IMG/VR virus record: IMGVR_UViG_3300031998_000040
Span: 1-64,000 of that record
Length of the DNA: 64,000 bases
Direction: 5' to 3' (one strand)
DNA from: a virus
Taxonomy: Duplodnaviria > Caudoviricetes
Shown here: positions 1 to 7,826 of the stretch, in pieces
Position numbering within the stretch: position 1 is the stretch's first letter
How the letters are laid out: each line of letters starts with the position of its first letter
Position numbers and translations under genes: made by a program
The notes under the pieces: generated by a model
Seen by the model: the letters and a program-made list of their open reading frames with translations, nothing else
Databases searched by the model: none
What the model was told of the DNA's origin: nothing

Positions 1-478
1 CAATTTCCTGCTGGGCCTGCTCCACGGTATAGGTGACGTTCCCCCACTTGGGGTTCTACACCTGCTCGAAGGACAGATAAGGGGCAAGCGATCCGATGTT
101 TTCATCGAAGAAAGCCCGCAGACCGGACAGCTTCTCCGCCTTGCGCTGCTCGGCGTATTTGTTGATCTGCTCGCTGAGGTTGGTTTCGCTCTCGTAGCAG
201 ACGGCGGTGAGTGCCTTGCACTTTTCCTCGAATGCCGCCAGCGGAGCGGAGAAGTCCTTTTTGATTGCCTTTCTGTAGTCGTCGATGGTCTTTTCAACCT
301 TGCGAATTCTGGCAAGCGTGTTTTTCCCTTCGCTGATGTCTTCCTCGCGGAGGACCAGCTTCTCGTAAGGCTGCATCAGCTCCCGGAGCTGGGCTTCCAC
401 TTCGTCGAAGTTTGCCTCAAGGACCAGCGACTTCACCGCGTCCAGCGGCGTAATCAGCTTGAATTCCAAATCAGGCAT
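1..478 (-). CDS. DUF1351-like protein (recombination module); in-frame TAG at 56-58 but frame continues off the window edge
   Basis: Coiled-coil 'ANFDEVEAQL..KNTLARIRKVEKTIDDYRKAIKK..PLAAFE' typical of DUF1351; after the TAG the frame reads NPKWGNVTYTVEQAQQEI. Confidence 0.7.
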
Positions 479-716
479 CTTCGCCCTCCGTTTCCGGCAT
501 GACCTCGAGGATTTCCTTGCACTTGAAGCCAGGTTCCGGGCAGTTCACCGCCACAACAACGGCCTCACTCCGGTCGCTCTTGTAGGTGGGGGCATAGACC
601 TTCTGCCCCAGCCGCAGGTTCAGCTTCGTCTTGTAGGTATAGGTCTTTCCCGTGGTAACGCCGTCGCTGGCCGTGTACTTGACCTCGACGTACTCGAATC
701 CGTCATACTGATTCAT
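471..716 (-). CDS. small hypothetical protein
   Basis: RBS GAAAGGAAGG before MNQYDG; overlaps the next start. Confidence 0.7.
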   Translation of the reverse strand: MNQYDGFEYVEVKYTASDGVTTGKTYTYKTKLNLRLGQKVYAPTYKSDRSEAVVVAVNCPEPGFKCKEILEVMPETEGEDA

Positions 717-733
717 TCTTTTCCTTCCTTTCT

Positions 734-1375
734 TCAAAACCGAATCGGTGCTCCGGGGCGCTTCCCGGTCTGTACCGATTCCCAAAATTCTTCCTCTTGC
801 TGAAGCAGCCAAGCCATGTCTTCTTCGCAGTCTGCGCGTTCATAGCGGTATTCCCGCAGGATAATGTCTCCGCTCCGCGTCCAAAGGGCTGCTTGCAGGA
901 TGGCGAAGTCAAAGCCGGTTGCCAAAAGCTGATGGCAGATTTGGGCATAGTAGTGATTCGGCGCTTTTCCGTCCCACTCTGCCCACGACGCTTTCCCATT
1001 TGGGCTGGCCGTCTTGACTTCCAAAATTCCCGTCTTTCCATCATCGGGAAAGAATTCGCCGTCCAGTGTCGCAAACAGCCAGGGGCGATCTTCCTGATAC
1101 AAAATGTCGAAGGGGTGATATACGATTTTTCCGGGGTGAAGGGCCGCAAAGAAGTTTCGCACCGCTCCCTCCATGTTCACCCCGCGCTGCACTTCCGCAT
1201 TGTCGGAAATGTCCTTGGCCTTGCGGATTCCTCGCTTGAGTTCCCAAAGTTCGTTCTTTGTCGTCCACGGGGACATCCCGCAGACCGCCGCCGCTTCGCT
1301 GGCCCCGATCCCCCGTTCCGAGCGTCCCGCCAGCCAGGATGCCCGATCCGGGTAACTGATTCGCTGTAGTGCCAT
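734..1375 (-). CDS. YqaJ-like viral recombinase exonuclease
   Basis: WLAGR..GIGASEAAAVCGMSPW, ATLDG, LEVKT, YYAQ motifs. Confidence 0.92.
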   Translation of the reverse strand: MALQRISYPDRASWLAGRSERGIGASEAAAVCGMSPWTTKNELWELKRGIRKAKDISDNAEVQRGVNMEGAVRNFFAALHPGKIVYHPFDILYQEDRPWLFATLDGEFFPDDGKTGILEVKTASPNGKASWAEWDGKAPNHYYAQICHQLLATGFDFAILQAALWTRSGDIILREYRYERADCEEDMAWLLQQEEEFWESVQTGKRPGAPIRF

Positions 1376-1390
1376 GAGTTGTTCCTTTCT

Positions 1391-2022
1391 GATTCATTGC
1401 CCAGCCAGGTAAGGCTCAGCCCCGCTTTTCCGTTACTTTTCCGTGTGGTCCATGCTTTGCTGTTCCCCTGCGTTGCTTCTCGTTGCTGTTCCCCTGCGTT
1501 GCTTCTCGAAGCACAGCGAGTCTGCGCATTGCCATTGCTGTACCAGTCGGGGCAAATCCACGCTCCTCTTCGCCGTTGCTTTGCGTGGCTAAACATCGCT
1601 GTTCCGCTGCCACTCATGGCAGAACGTAACGATGCCTTTCCTACGCTTTGCCTATCCGTGCTTTGCCGTTGCCGTTACACGCTACGCACTACCATGCTCC
1701 GCCGCTGCTTCTCTACGCATCGTCTGGCTCTTCGGTGCCGTTGCATTGCTGAGCGGTGCAAGTCCATTCCCTTGCCGTTCTAAGCAGAACATATCTTTGC
1801 CTTAGCGGAGCGGTGCCCGTCCCCGCAGTGCCCATCCGTTGCCGTTCCTCGCTGAGCCAAGCCATGCCATTGCAACGCAAAGCGACGCAACGCAATGCAT
1901 GGAAAAGCCTTGCTAGGCCGCTCCAATCCTTTCCGATGCATGGATTATTGTTGCAATGCCCCCGGCAACTCAGACCTGTGCTTCTCCCTTGCGTGGTGCT
2001 GCGGTTCTACGCGAGGCGATTC
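1391..2022 (-). repeat. periodic non-coding array: ~18 units, mostly of 4-7 G[C/A/T]NNN pentamers, each closed by a GCARNG-type hexamer; candidate guide-RNA array
   Basis: Minus strand parses in phase, e.g. GCAAA GATAT GTTCT GCTTA GAACG GCAAGG | GAATG GACTT GCACC GCTCA GCAAT GCAACG; runs from the cas7-like stop codon to the yqaJ RBS. Confidence 0.88.
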
Positions 2023-2703
2023 TTATGCCTTGTTGCCACCGACAACCTTACCGTTGTCGTCCAGTTCCTCCCATTCAAAGCGGCCTTTGCCGGAGTTGCG
2101 CCACTGGCCGAGACCACGCAGGATACCGTAGTCCAGCCATTCCCGGACAGCCGCCTTGTGGCTTTCATCGAGGCATACCACGTCAAAGGTAAGCACCGCA
2201 CCCGCAGGAACTTCGTCGCTGCTGGCGAGGCTGACGCGCTCACCCTGCATGGTCTGCGCCCGCAGGGGGCGCTGGCAGTCCAGCATTTCTCCGTCAAAGG
2301 CGATGGGGATTTTCCGGGGCTGGACGAAGATCAGACCGTCGATGATCTTCTTGTACGCGGTCAGCTTGCCGCTTTCGTTGGAAGCCTTTTTTGTAGACTT
2401 CTTCTTGCCCTTGTCATCCACGATGTCCTCTTTCTTGGAAAGACGGGCCAGCATGGAACAGGCGTCCTTGAAGAAGCCCTTGATCTGGTAGTCGTACACG
2501 AAGGGGGTGCCGTCCTCCAACCGGGGGAACACCGTGCGTCCCTTCTCTTTCACGGCATCGGTGCCAAGCACTTCGATCTCTTCCGTCAGCGTAGCGGCGT
2601 CCGGCGCGTTCTTGCCGATAAAGTCGGCGTAGACTTCCGCGTTCGCTGGGGAAGTCCCCAGCATACCTTCCAGCGTGGTGATCCTGATGTGCATTTTTCC
2701 CAT
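2023..2703 (-). CDS. stand-alone RAMP/Cas7-like protein (Csm3/Cmr4-like fold)
   Basis: N-terminal strand MHIRITTLEGMLG, 'PFVYDYQIKGFFK' helix motif, 'EVPAGAVLTFDV', C-terminal Gly loop GLGQWRNSGKGRF; no other cas genes in the window. Confidence 0.8.
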   Translation of the reverse strand: MGKMHIRITTLEGMLGTSPANAEVYADFIGKNAPDAATLTEEIEVLGTDAVKEKGRTVFPRLEDGTPFVYDYQIKGFFKDACSMLARLSKKEDIVDDKGKKKSTKKASNESGKLTAYKKIIDGLIFVQPRKIPIAFDGEMLDCQRPLRAQTMQGERVSLASSDEVPAGAVLTFDVVCLDESHKAAVREWLDYGILRGLGQWRNSGKGRFEWEELDDNGKVVGGNKA

Positions 2704-2800
2704 TGAGTTCTTCCTCCATTTGTGTTATCATGGAGGCGAAGGGGTCAGACCTTTCGCCTCATAGCCGTTTCGGACGTGCCACCGTCCGGGCGGCTTTTTT
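2703..2800 (+). promoter_or_regulatory. antisense sigmaA promoter, two hairpins and terminator (putative ~65-nt sRNA)
   Basis: TTGAGT-17-TATCAT with TG extension (2703-2731); hairpins GAGGCGAAGG/CCTTTCGCCTC and AGCCG..CGGCT followed by TTTTT. Confidence 0.5.
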
Positions 2801-3009
2801 CATTTGTTCAGGGTGTATCTTGCGTACCGCGTTGGATCGCCGTGACGGTCCACCCCGGTTTCCAGCTTGGAAGTGATGGAGTGACCATCCCTTTTCAAAT
2901 CCCAAATTCGAGCACCCAAACGGGTACACCCAAATTCCGTTATGGCTTCCCACGGGGTAATGCTCCCGTGCTCCTCCATATACTTCAGGACGCGCTCTTT
3001 GTCGGTCAT
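2800..3009 (-). CDS. winged-helix HTH protein
   Basis: VLKYMEEHGSITPWEAITEFGCTRLGARIWDLKRDG. Confidence 0.8.
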   Translation of the reverse strand: MTDKERVLKYMEEHGSITPWEAITEFGCTRLGARIWDLKRDGHSITSKLETGVDRHGDPTRYARYTLNK

Positions 3010-3584
3010 GCTGTCGCCTCCAACTTCTTCGCCGCGTGTTTCTCGCGCCGCTTGGCGTTGATCTCGTCCTTGTGCTTCTCCCACCAGGCGCGTTTGATTG
3101 CCTTGCTACGTTCAGGGTTGGCTTTCCGCCAAGCCGCGCTTCTCGCGTTGTTTTCTTCCCGGTGGTCTTTGGTGTACTGGCGAGAGTAGGCATTGTGTTC
3201 GTCCTTGTGGTCGATGTGGTATTGCCGCTGGTATTCTGCGATGGATTCCCGGTTGGCGTCTGCGTAGGCTTTCCGGCGCTCCAAAATGTCCGGTTTGTGT
3301 TCGGCGAAGTATCGCTGCCTGTATGCCTTGATTTCATCCGCGTGGGCTGCAGCATACTCACAGTTCCTCGCAACAATGCGCTCTTTGTTCTTCCGGTAGT
3401 ATTCTCGGTCCGCTTTCCGCTTCCGCAACCGCTTCGGTTCGGCTCGCTCGTCGAGGATGCTTTGGTCTCGGAGTCGGGCGGCTTCCACTTCGGAAGGGTC
3501 GTAGTCGTGCTGTTCTTCCACTTCCGCATCGAACGCTGCCAGTTCCGTCAGTTCCTCCGGGGTAAAGGGAATAAAGGCACTCAC
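3006..3584 (-). CDS. charged repetitive helical protein
   Basis: REYYRKNKE/RQYHIDHKDE-type repeats; GTG start coupled to the upstream stop. Confidence 0.65.
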   Translation of the reverse strand: MSAFIPFTPEELTELAAFDAEVEEQHDYDPSEVEAARLRDQSILDERAEPKRLRKRKADREYYRKNKERIVARNCEYAAAHADEIKAYRQRYFAEHKPDILERRKAYADANRESIAEYQRQYHIDHKDEHNAYSRQYTKDHREENNARSAAWRKANPERSKAIKRAWWEKHKDEINAKRREKHAAKKLEATA

Positions 3585-3691
3585 CCCAGCATCACCGCCC
3601 CGCGAATAATCATCACCGCCGCAAACAGGAGCAGCCCCCACACGCCGCCGCAGATGATGGCATCTATGATGCGTTCTTCCTTGTCGCTCAT
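3581..3691 (-). CDS. 36-aa membrane peptide
   Basis: MSDKEERIIDAIICGGVWGLLLFAAVMIIRGAVMLG; coupled to both neighbours. Confidence 0.55.
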   Translation of the reverse strand: MSDKEERIIDAIICGGVWGLLLFAAVMIIRGAVMLG

Positions 3692-3888
3692 TGCGCCACC
3701 GCCCTTGCTATCGCCGTCTTTGTGACGCGCCCTGCCGGGAAATCGTACCGGCGCTTCACGGTTCGTGGGTTAACGCCGAGGAACGCTGCGATTTCCTCGC
3801 GTGTCAGCAGTTCCCGTCCGGGGAATGTCTCGTCCAGCCGTGCCAGCGTTTCTCTGAAATCAGGATGTTCACGAGCCATCAGCGGCAC
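3688..3888 (-). CDS. excisionase-like HTH protein
   Basis: LLTREEIAAFLGVNPRTVKR. Confidence 0.65.
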   Translation of the reverse strand: MPLMAREHPDFRETLARLDETFPGRELLTREEIAAFLGVNPRTVKRRYDFPAGRVTKTAIARAVAQ

Positions 3889-4429
3889 CCGCCTTTCTTC
3901 CGCTCAGAAGGAAGTCAATCGTAACTCCGAAGTAATCGGCGACCTTCTGAAGCGTAGTAATGCTCGGAGCGGAGTTCTCCCAGCCTCTTACCGTGCCGTT
4001 TCCAAGGCCGGCCTCTTTTTCAAGTCGGGCTACGCGGATGTTCCTTTCGCGGCACAGCGCCATGACATTCTTGTAGACTTTATTTCCATTGTCAGAAGAA
4101 TGATCCCGCTTGGTATATTTTCTTGGTCGCAGTCCGTATGACCATGCGTGGGCTGAGTTTTCCTTTGCTGTAACCCACTCAAGGTTGGATACGTTATTGT
4201 TTCTCTTGTTTCCGTCTTTGTGGTTTACCATTGGCTTGTTCTCTGGATTTGGAATAAATGCCTCGGCTACCAGGCGATGAACCATACGGCTTTTGTCAGG
4301 CATCTTTACCGTTGCGTAACCCGCTGTGTCTGTGATTGTTGGAGTACATTCCGTATTCCCAACCAGGCGAAAAACCGCACCGTTCTCGTAAACCCTGATT
4401 TTTCCTTCATAGATATCCCGGAATCTCAC
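3869..4429 (-). CDS. HNH endonuclease fused to an XRE HTH
   Basis: VHRLVAEAFIPNPENKPMVNHKDGNKRNNNVSNLEW plus C-terminal LEKEAGLGNGTVRGW..LQKVADYFGVTIDFLL. Confidence 0.85.
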   Translation of the reverse strand: MRFRDIYEGKIRVYENGAVFRLVGNTECTPTITDTAGYATVKMPDKSRMVHRLVAEAFIPNPENKPMVNHKDGNKRNNNVSNLEWVTAKENSAHAWSYGLRPRKYTKRDHSSDNGNKVYKNVMALCRERNIRVARLEKEAGLGNGTVRGWENSAPSITTLQKVADYFGVTIDFLLSGRKAGAADGS

Positions 4430-4644
4430 TTCGGCTCCTCCCCTCGGCTTTCTGTCGCATTGCGCTGTTTCAGCCTTTCCAAAGCCTCTTTCATTTTTGC
4501 TTCCACGTTGGGAGAAACCGCCTTTCCGTGAAGGACCTGGCTTACATACTTGGGGTTGATCTTTGCTTCTGCGGCCACTTCCTTGATCTTGAATCCGGCG
4601 TTATGGATTTCTCCGATAAGTTCGCCGGTCCACTGTTCAGGCAT
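4426..4644 (-). CDS. Cro-like repressor
   Basis: IKEVAAEAKINPKYVSQVLHG HTH; divergent from cI. Confidence 0.75.
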   Translation of the reverse strand: MPEQWTGELIGEIHNAGFKIKEVAAEAKINPKYVSQVLHGKAVSPNVEAKMKEALERLKQRNATESRGEEPK

Positions 4645-4675
4645 AATATTTCTTACCTCCTTCCTACATTGGCAC

Positions 4676-4704
4676 TTGACTTTGGTTAGGTGCTGGGTTA
4701 GAAT
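4676..4704 (+). promoter_or_regulatory. rightward (cI) sigmaA promoter
   Basis: TTGACT-17-TAGAAT; two GGTTAG boxes in the spacer/-10. Confidence 0.65.
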
Positions 4705-4784
4705 AGCTATGCCACTAACTAAATCCAGACCCAGCGGCCTAACCATGTCCGGCTGACTTCTTACCGAAATCAACTTTCCCCTCC

Positions 4785-4812
4785 ATTATACTAACCTTGG
4801 TAAGAATTGCAA
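4785..4812 (-). promoter_or_regulatory. leftward (cro) sigmaA promoter
   Basis: TTGCAA-16-TATAAT on the minus strand with a GGTTAG box abutting the -10. Confidence 0.65.
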
Positions 4813-4868
4813 GCCAAAAATCTTATTTTGGTTAGGTTCTACTTTCTGCACAAAATTGGAGGTGTATT

Positions 4869-5432
4869 TTGGTGTTTTTGCATATATTCGGTGCGCTGTG
4901 TGAGAAGAACGGAGAGTCCAAGAGCGCCGTTGCAAAAGCCTGTGGATTGAGTAATTCAACCGTTACAAAATGGAAAAAGACCCAGGCTGTGCCTGAGTCT
5001 TCTACGCTTATGAAGATCGCCGAACATTTTGGCGTCACCGTGGATTACCTTCTCGGCTCCACTCCGGAGTCCTATCTTCTCGGAACAGAGTATCAATTAA
5101 AGGAGGCGGAAAAGGCATACGACAAAGAAACCAACCCTGATAAGCGTGACGAGCTTGGCGGTTTGATTGACGTTCTGCGTGATTCTGTTGAAGATCAGAA
5201 GCTTGCGATCTCCGCAGCAAAAATGCCCGTTACCGAGACCGGCAACGGGCGAAAGGAAATGCCTGTAAATATCAATGATTTTCTTCGAGCGTTCTCGTCA
5301 CTTCCAGAAGAAGATCAGAAGGGTCTTGCCCGGATTGTCGAGCTTTACCGCAATACCGGATCAGCCGCATCACAAACGATTGCGCTTCTGGTGTCATTGC
5401 TTGAAAATCAGCAGCCACCGTCTCAAGATTGA
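4869..5432 (+). CDS. CI-like XRE repressor
   Basis: SAVAKACGLSNSTVTKWK..LMKIAEHFGVTVDYLLG; upstream of the integrase. Confidence 0.88.
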   Translation: MVFLHIFGALCEKNGESKSAVAKACGLSNSTVTKWKKTQAVPESSTLMKIAEHFGVTVDYLLGSTPESYLLGTEYQLKEAEKAYDKETNPDKRDELGGLIDVLRDSVEDQKLAISAAKMPVTETGNGRKEMPVNINDFLRAFSSLPEEDQKGLARIVELYRNTGSAASQTIALLVSLLENQQPPSQD

Positions 5433-5445
5433 TTACTGGTTCCAT
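5272..5445 (-). CDS. 57-aa ORF antisense to the cI 3' end (putative antirepressor)
   Basis: Strong RBS AAGGAGGG; MEPVINLETVAADFQAMTPEAQSFVMRLIRYC... Confidence 0.55.
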   Translation of the reverse strand: MEPVINLETVAADFQAMTPEAQSFVMRLIRYCGKARQSGQDPSDLLLEVTRTLEENH

Positions 5446-5608
5446 TGATTATCCCTCCTTTTGGTTTACTGTACTACGCTACGGTGTCGGATTATCTCGA
5501 AATTCGTCTATCCATTTTCTTTTTATCTCTCATTTCGAGTATAGCACGTATATGTGTCCATTTTAACGGACAGTCGCAAATGCGTCTGTTTTCTGTCAGG
5601 AGGATATT

Positions 5609-6640
5609 TTGAACTACGCCAAGCTTTTCACGAAGCGAAAGGACGGAAGCTATCAGGCAAAGTATAAGGATTCGTCCGGGAAATGGCGCACCGTCAGTTC
5701 CACCGATCCGAAGAAGCTATTTGAAAGGCTGGAGGAATTAAGGAAGCCCAAGCCGATAACCTTCGGTCTGCTGATTGACGAGTGGCAGGCAGAGCACGAT
5801 GCTGAATCCGCGTTCAAGACGGCGGAGACGTATGCCGCTCCATGCCGTCGTCTGAAAGACGAGTTCGGGGATATCCCCGCAGACGAGATCAAGCCACTGG
5901 AGTTGCAGAACTTTCTTGGGAGAATGGCTAGGCAGAAGTACAGCCGGAGAAACGTACAGCTTCACCTTACCGTGATCCGCCTTGTCTGCCAGCGGGCGGT
6001 CCTGCTGGGGAAGCTGGATGTAGATCCTTCTACCGTGCTTTCTGTTCCGAAGGGTTTAACGCAGAAGCGACGGGAAGTGCCGGAGGATGCCGCCCTCGCC
6101 GCTGTGCTTGCATCTCAGAAAGAAGAGATGGGGTTGTATGCTCTTACCCTTCTCTACACCGGGCTGCGCCGCGGCGAAGCGCTGGCTCTCAAATATGAAG
6201 ACATAGACCGCAAGAACCGGGTCATCCATGTGCGTCGGTCTTTGCAGTTCGTTCCGAACTTCCCGGAAGTCAAAGAGCCAAAGACGGCAGCCGGTATCCG
6301 TGACGTATATTACCCGGAAGCCCTGGACAAGCTTTTGCCAAAAAAGAAATCGGGGCCGGTGTTCCCCGGTCCCGATGGAAAAAACTATATGAATAAGGGC
6401 AACTTCATTTACCGCTGGCAGAAGTATTGCGAGGCCATCGGTCACAACATCACGAGTCACCAGCTCCGACACTACTATGCCACTGCCATGTACGAGGCGG
6501 ACGTTCCGGTGCTTGCGGCGCAAGCCCAGCTCGGCCACAAGAACGCTTCGACCACGATGGGGATATATACCCATCTGCGGGATGCCAAGCGTGACGAGGC
6601 CAACAAGAAGATAGACGAGTATTTTAACAAAGCCAAATAG
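5609..6640 (+). CDS. int: tyrosine integrase
   Basis: TGLRRGE, KT, HQLRH, LGH, IY catalytic motifs; arm-binding-type N-terminus. Confidence 0.95.
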   Translation: MNYAKLFTKRKDGSYQAKYKDSSGKWRTVSSTDPKKLFERLEELRKPKPITFGLLIDEWQAEHDAESAFKTAETYAAPCRRLKDEFGDIPADEIKPLELQNFLGRMARQKYSRRNVQLHLTVIRLVCQRAVLLGKLDVDPSTVLSVPKGLTQKRREVPEDAALAAVLASQKEEMGLYALTLLYTGLRRGEALALKYEDIDRKNRVIHVRRSLQFVPNFPEVKEPKTAAGIRDVYYPEALDKLLPKKKSGPVFPGPDGKNYMNKGNFIYRWQKYCEAIGHNITSHQLRHYYATAMYEADVPVLAAQAQLGHKNASTTMGIYTHLRDAKRDEANKKIDEYFNKAK

Positions 6641-6673
6641 ACTCGTCAACTACCCCTGCACGAGCGCAGGTTA

Positions 6674-6977
6674 TTGGTGGATTTGGTGTAATTTTTGGTG
6701 TGAAGATAGCGTAGACGTAGCTATATCGTGCTTTCTTCCTGCATTTCGTGCAGGTTATAAGAGGGTTCACACGGCATGTGCGGGGCGTAACATTTCAAAG
6801 GAATTAGTGCCGTGTTTTCTGATGATTTGCAGAAAATCCGGTACTTTTTCTTTGCTTTAACACTCTCAAATGCGCGTTTTTGCACGTTACATAATCGGAC
6901 ATTCTTAGACATTTAAGATACATTTCTTGGTGGATTTCTTGGTGGATTTCGGCATTTGGTGGGTTTTTTGGTGTGAA
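6674..6977. other. attP-like region with arm-type repeats
   Basis: TTGGTG-core repeats at 6674, 6683, 6695 and 6927, 6939, 6956, 6968 flanking a ~220-bp centre just downstream of int. Confidence 0.7.
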
Positions 6978-7039
6978 ATATGCTGTTTATGTCCTGTTGA
7001 ATTGTAGCACGTGTAGAGTAGAAAAGGAAGGGGCTGGAA

Positions 7040-7342
7040 TTAACCAGTCCCTTCCTTTTTTGCTTTCTTTGTTCCTACCCTCAACCCGAATATCTCGAAG
7101 TTAGGGTTTATTCCCCAGTCTCGCAACAGGTCTGCCCTTCTGGCGGCAGTAATGAGCTTCATGCCATTTCCCCGTAGAATTTCCAGCCTCCTCATGTGTT
7201 CGTCGCAGTCGAAGCCGCAGCCACGGCATCCGCCTCTCCGGACGCACTCGCGCTCGTTACGGACTCGACCTTTATCCCCGCACAAGCAGTTTGGCATTTC
7301 TGATGTCGGGACTTCGGTGTATTGCGGAACGTAGATGCTCAT
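7040..7342 (-). CDS. Cys-rich hypothetical protein
   Basis: ORF coupled within the leftward operon. Confidence 0.6.
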   Translation of the reverse strand: MSIYVPQYTEVPTSEMPNCLCGDKGRVRNERECVRRGGCRGCGFDCDEHMRRLEILRGNGMKLITAARRADLLRDWGINPNFEIFGLRVGTKKAKKEGTG

Positions 7343-7629
7343 TCGGCGTCACCATCCTTTGTCATATTGCTCTCGAACGGACGCGGGAGTTCATGCCAGT
7401 CGTAGTTGTTCAGGAAATAGTGCCAGTAGCACCCATTAACGAAGTCGATGATTTCGTCACGTTCCTTTTCGAGACGCTTCACTTCCTTCGCAATATTATC
7501 GGCACGGACGGCCAGCGCCGACACGACGGAATCAGGAATTGATTCGCAAAACCGTTTACGGTTAATCTCTTCGTCCGTCAGTTGGCTGTCATCTGCCCAT
7601 ATCAGTTCACTATAAGGTTTGTACTTCAT
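7339..7629 (-). CDS. hypothetical protein
   Basis: ORF coupled within the operon. Confidence 0.6.
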   Translation of the reverse strand: MKYKPYSELIWADDSQLTDEEINRKRFCESIPDSVVSALAVRADNIAKEVKRLEKERDEIIDFVNGCYWHYFLNNYDWHELPRPFESNMTKDGDAE

Positions 7630-7819
7630 CTCGTATTCCCCCAACTCTTGAGTTCCAGTCCCGGACCGCCTGCATCTTTCCTCCGTTGACCCAGGGATGA
7701 TAGATACGACAATTCTTGCAGCCTACCCACCCGTGCGGGAACGGTTTATATACGTTCTTCTCCTGACCCTTGGCCCCACAGGAGGGACATTCTATCAGTT
7801 CGTAGCTTCGTCTTGCCAT
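7610..7819 (-). CDS. Lar-like restriction-alleviation Zn-finger protein
   Basis: LIECPSCG..VGCKNC..AVRDWNSR. Confidence 0.6.
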   Translation of the reverse strand: MARRSYELIECPSCGAKGQEKNVYKPFPHGWVGCKNCRIYHPWVNGGKMQAVRDWNSRVGGIRDEVQTL

Positions 7820-7826
7820 GTCGTTA

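Noticed and set aside
1391-2022. Classical CRISPR array, or protein-coding ORFs (1177-1617, 1416-1613, 1713-1895, 1379-1783)
   Set aside because: No identical 25-40-nt repeats with unique spacers. The ORFs lack RBSs and read as by-products of the 5-nt periodicity.
6645-6670. IS200/IS605 or IscB end (GTCAACTACCCC)
   Set aside because: Only a 12-mer and a short hairpin, with no tnpA/tnpB/iscB nearby. More likely the int terminator.
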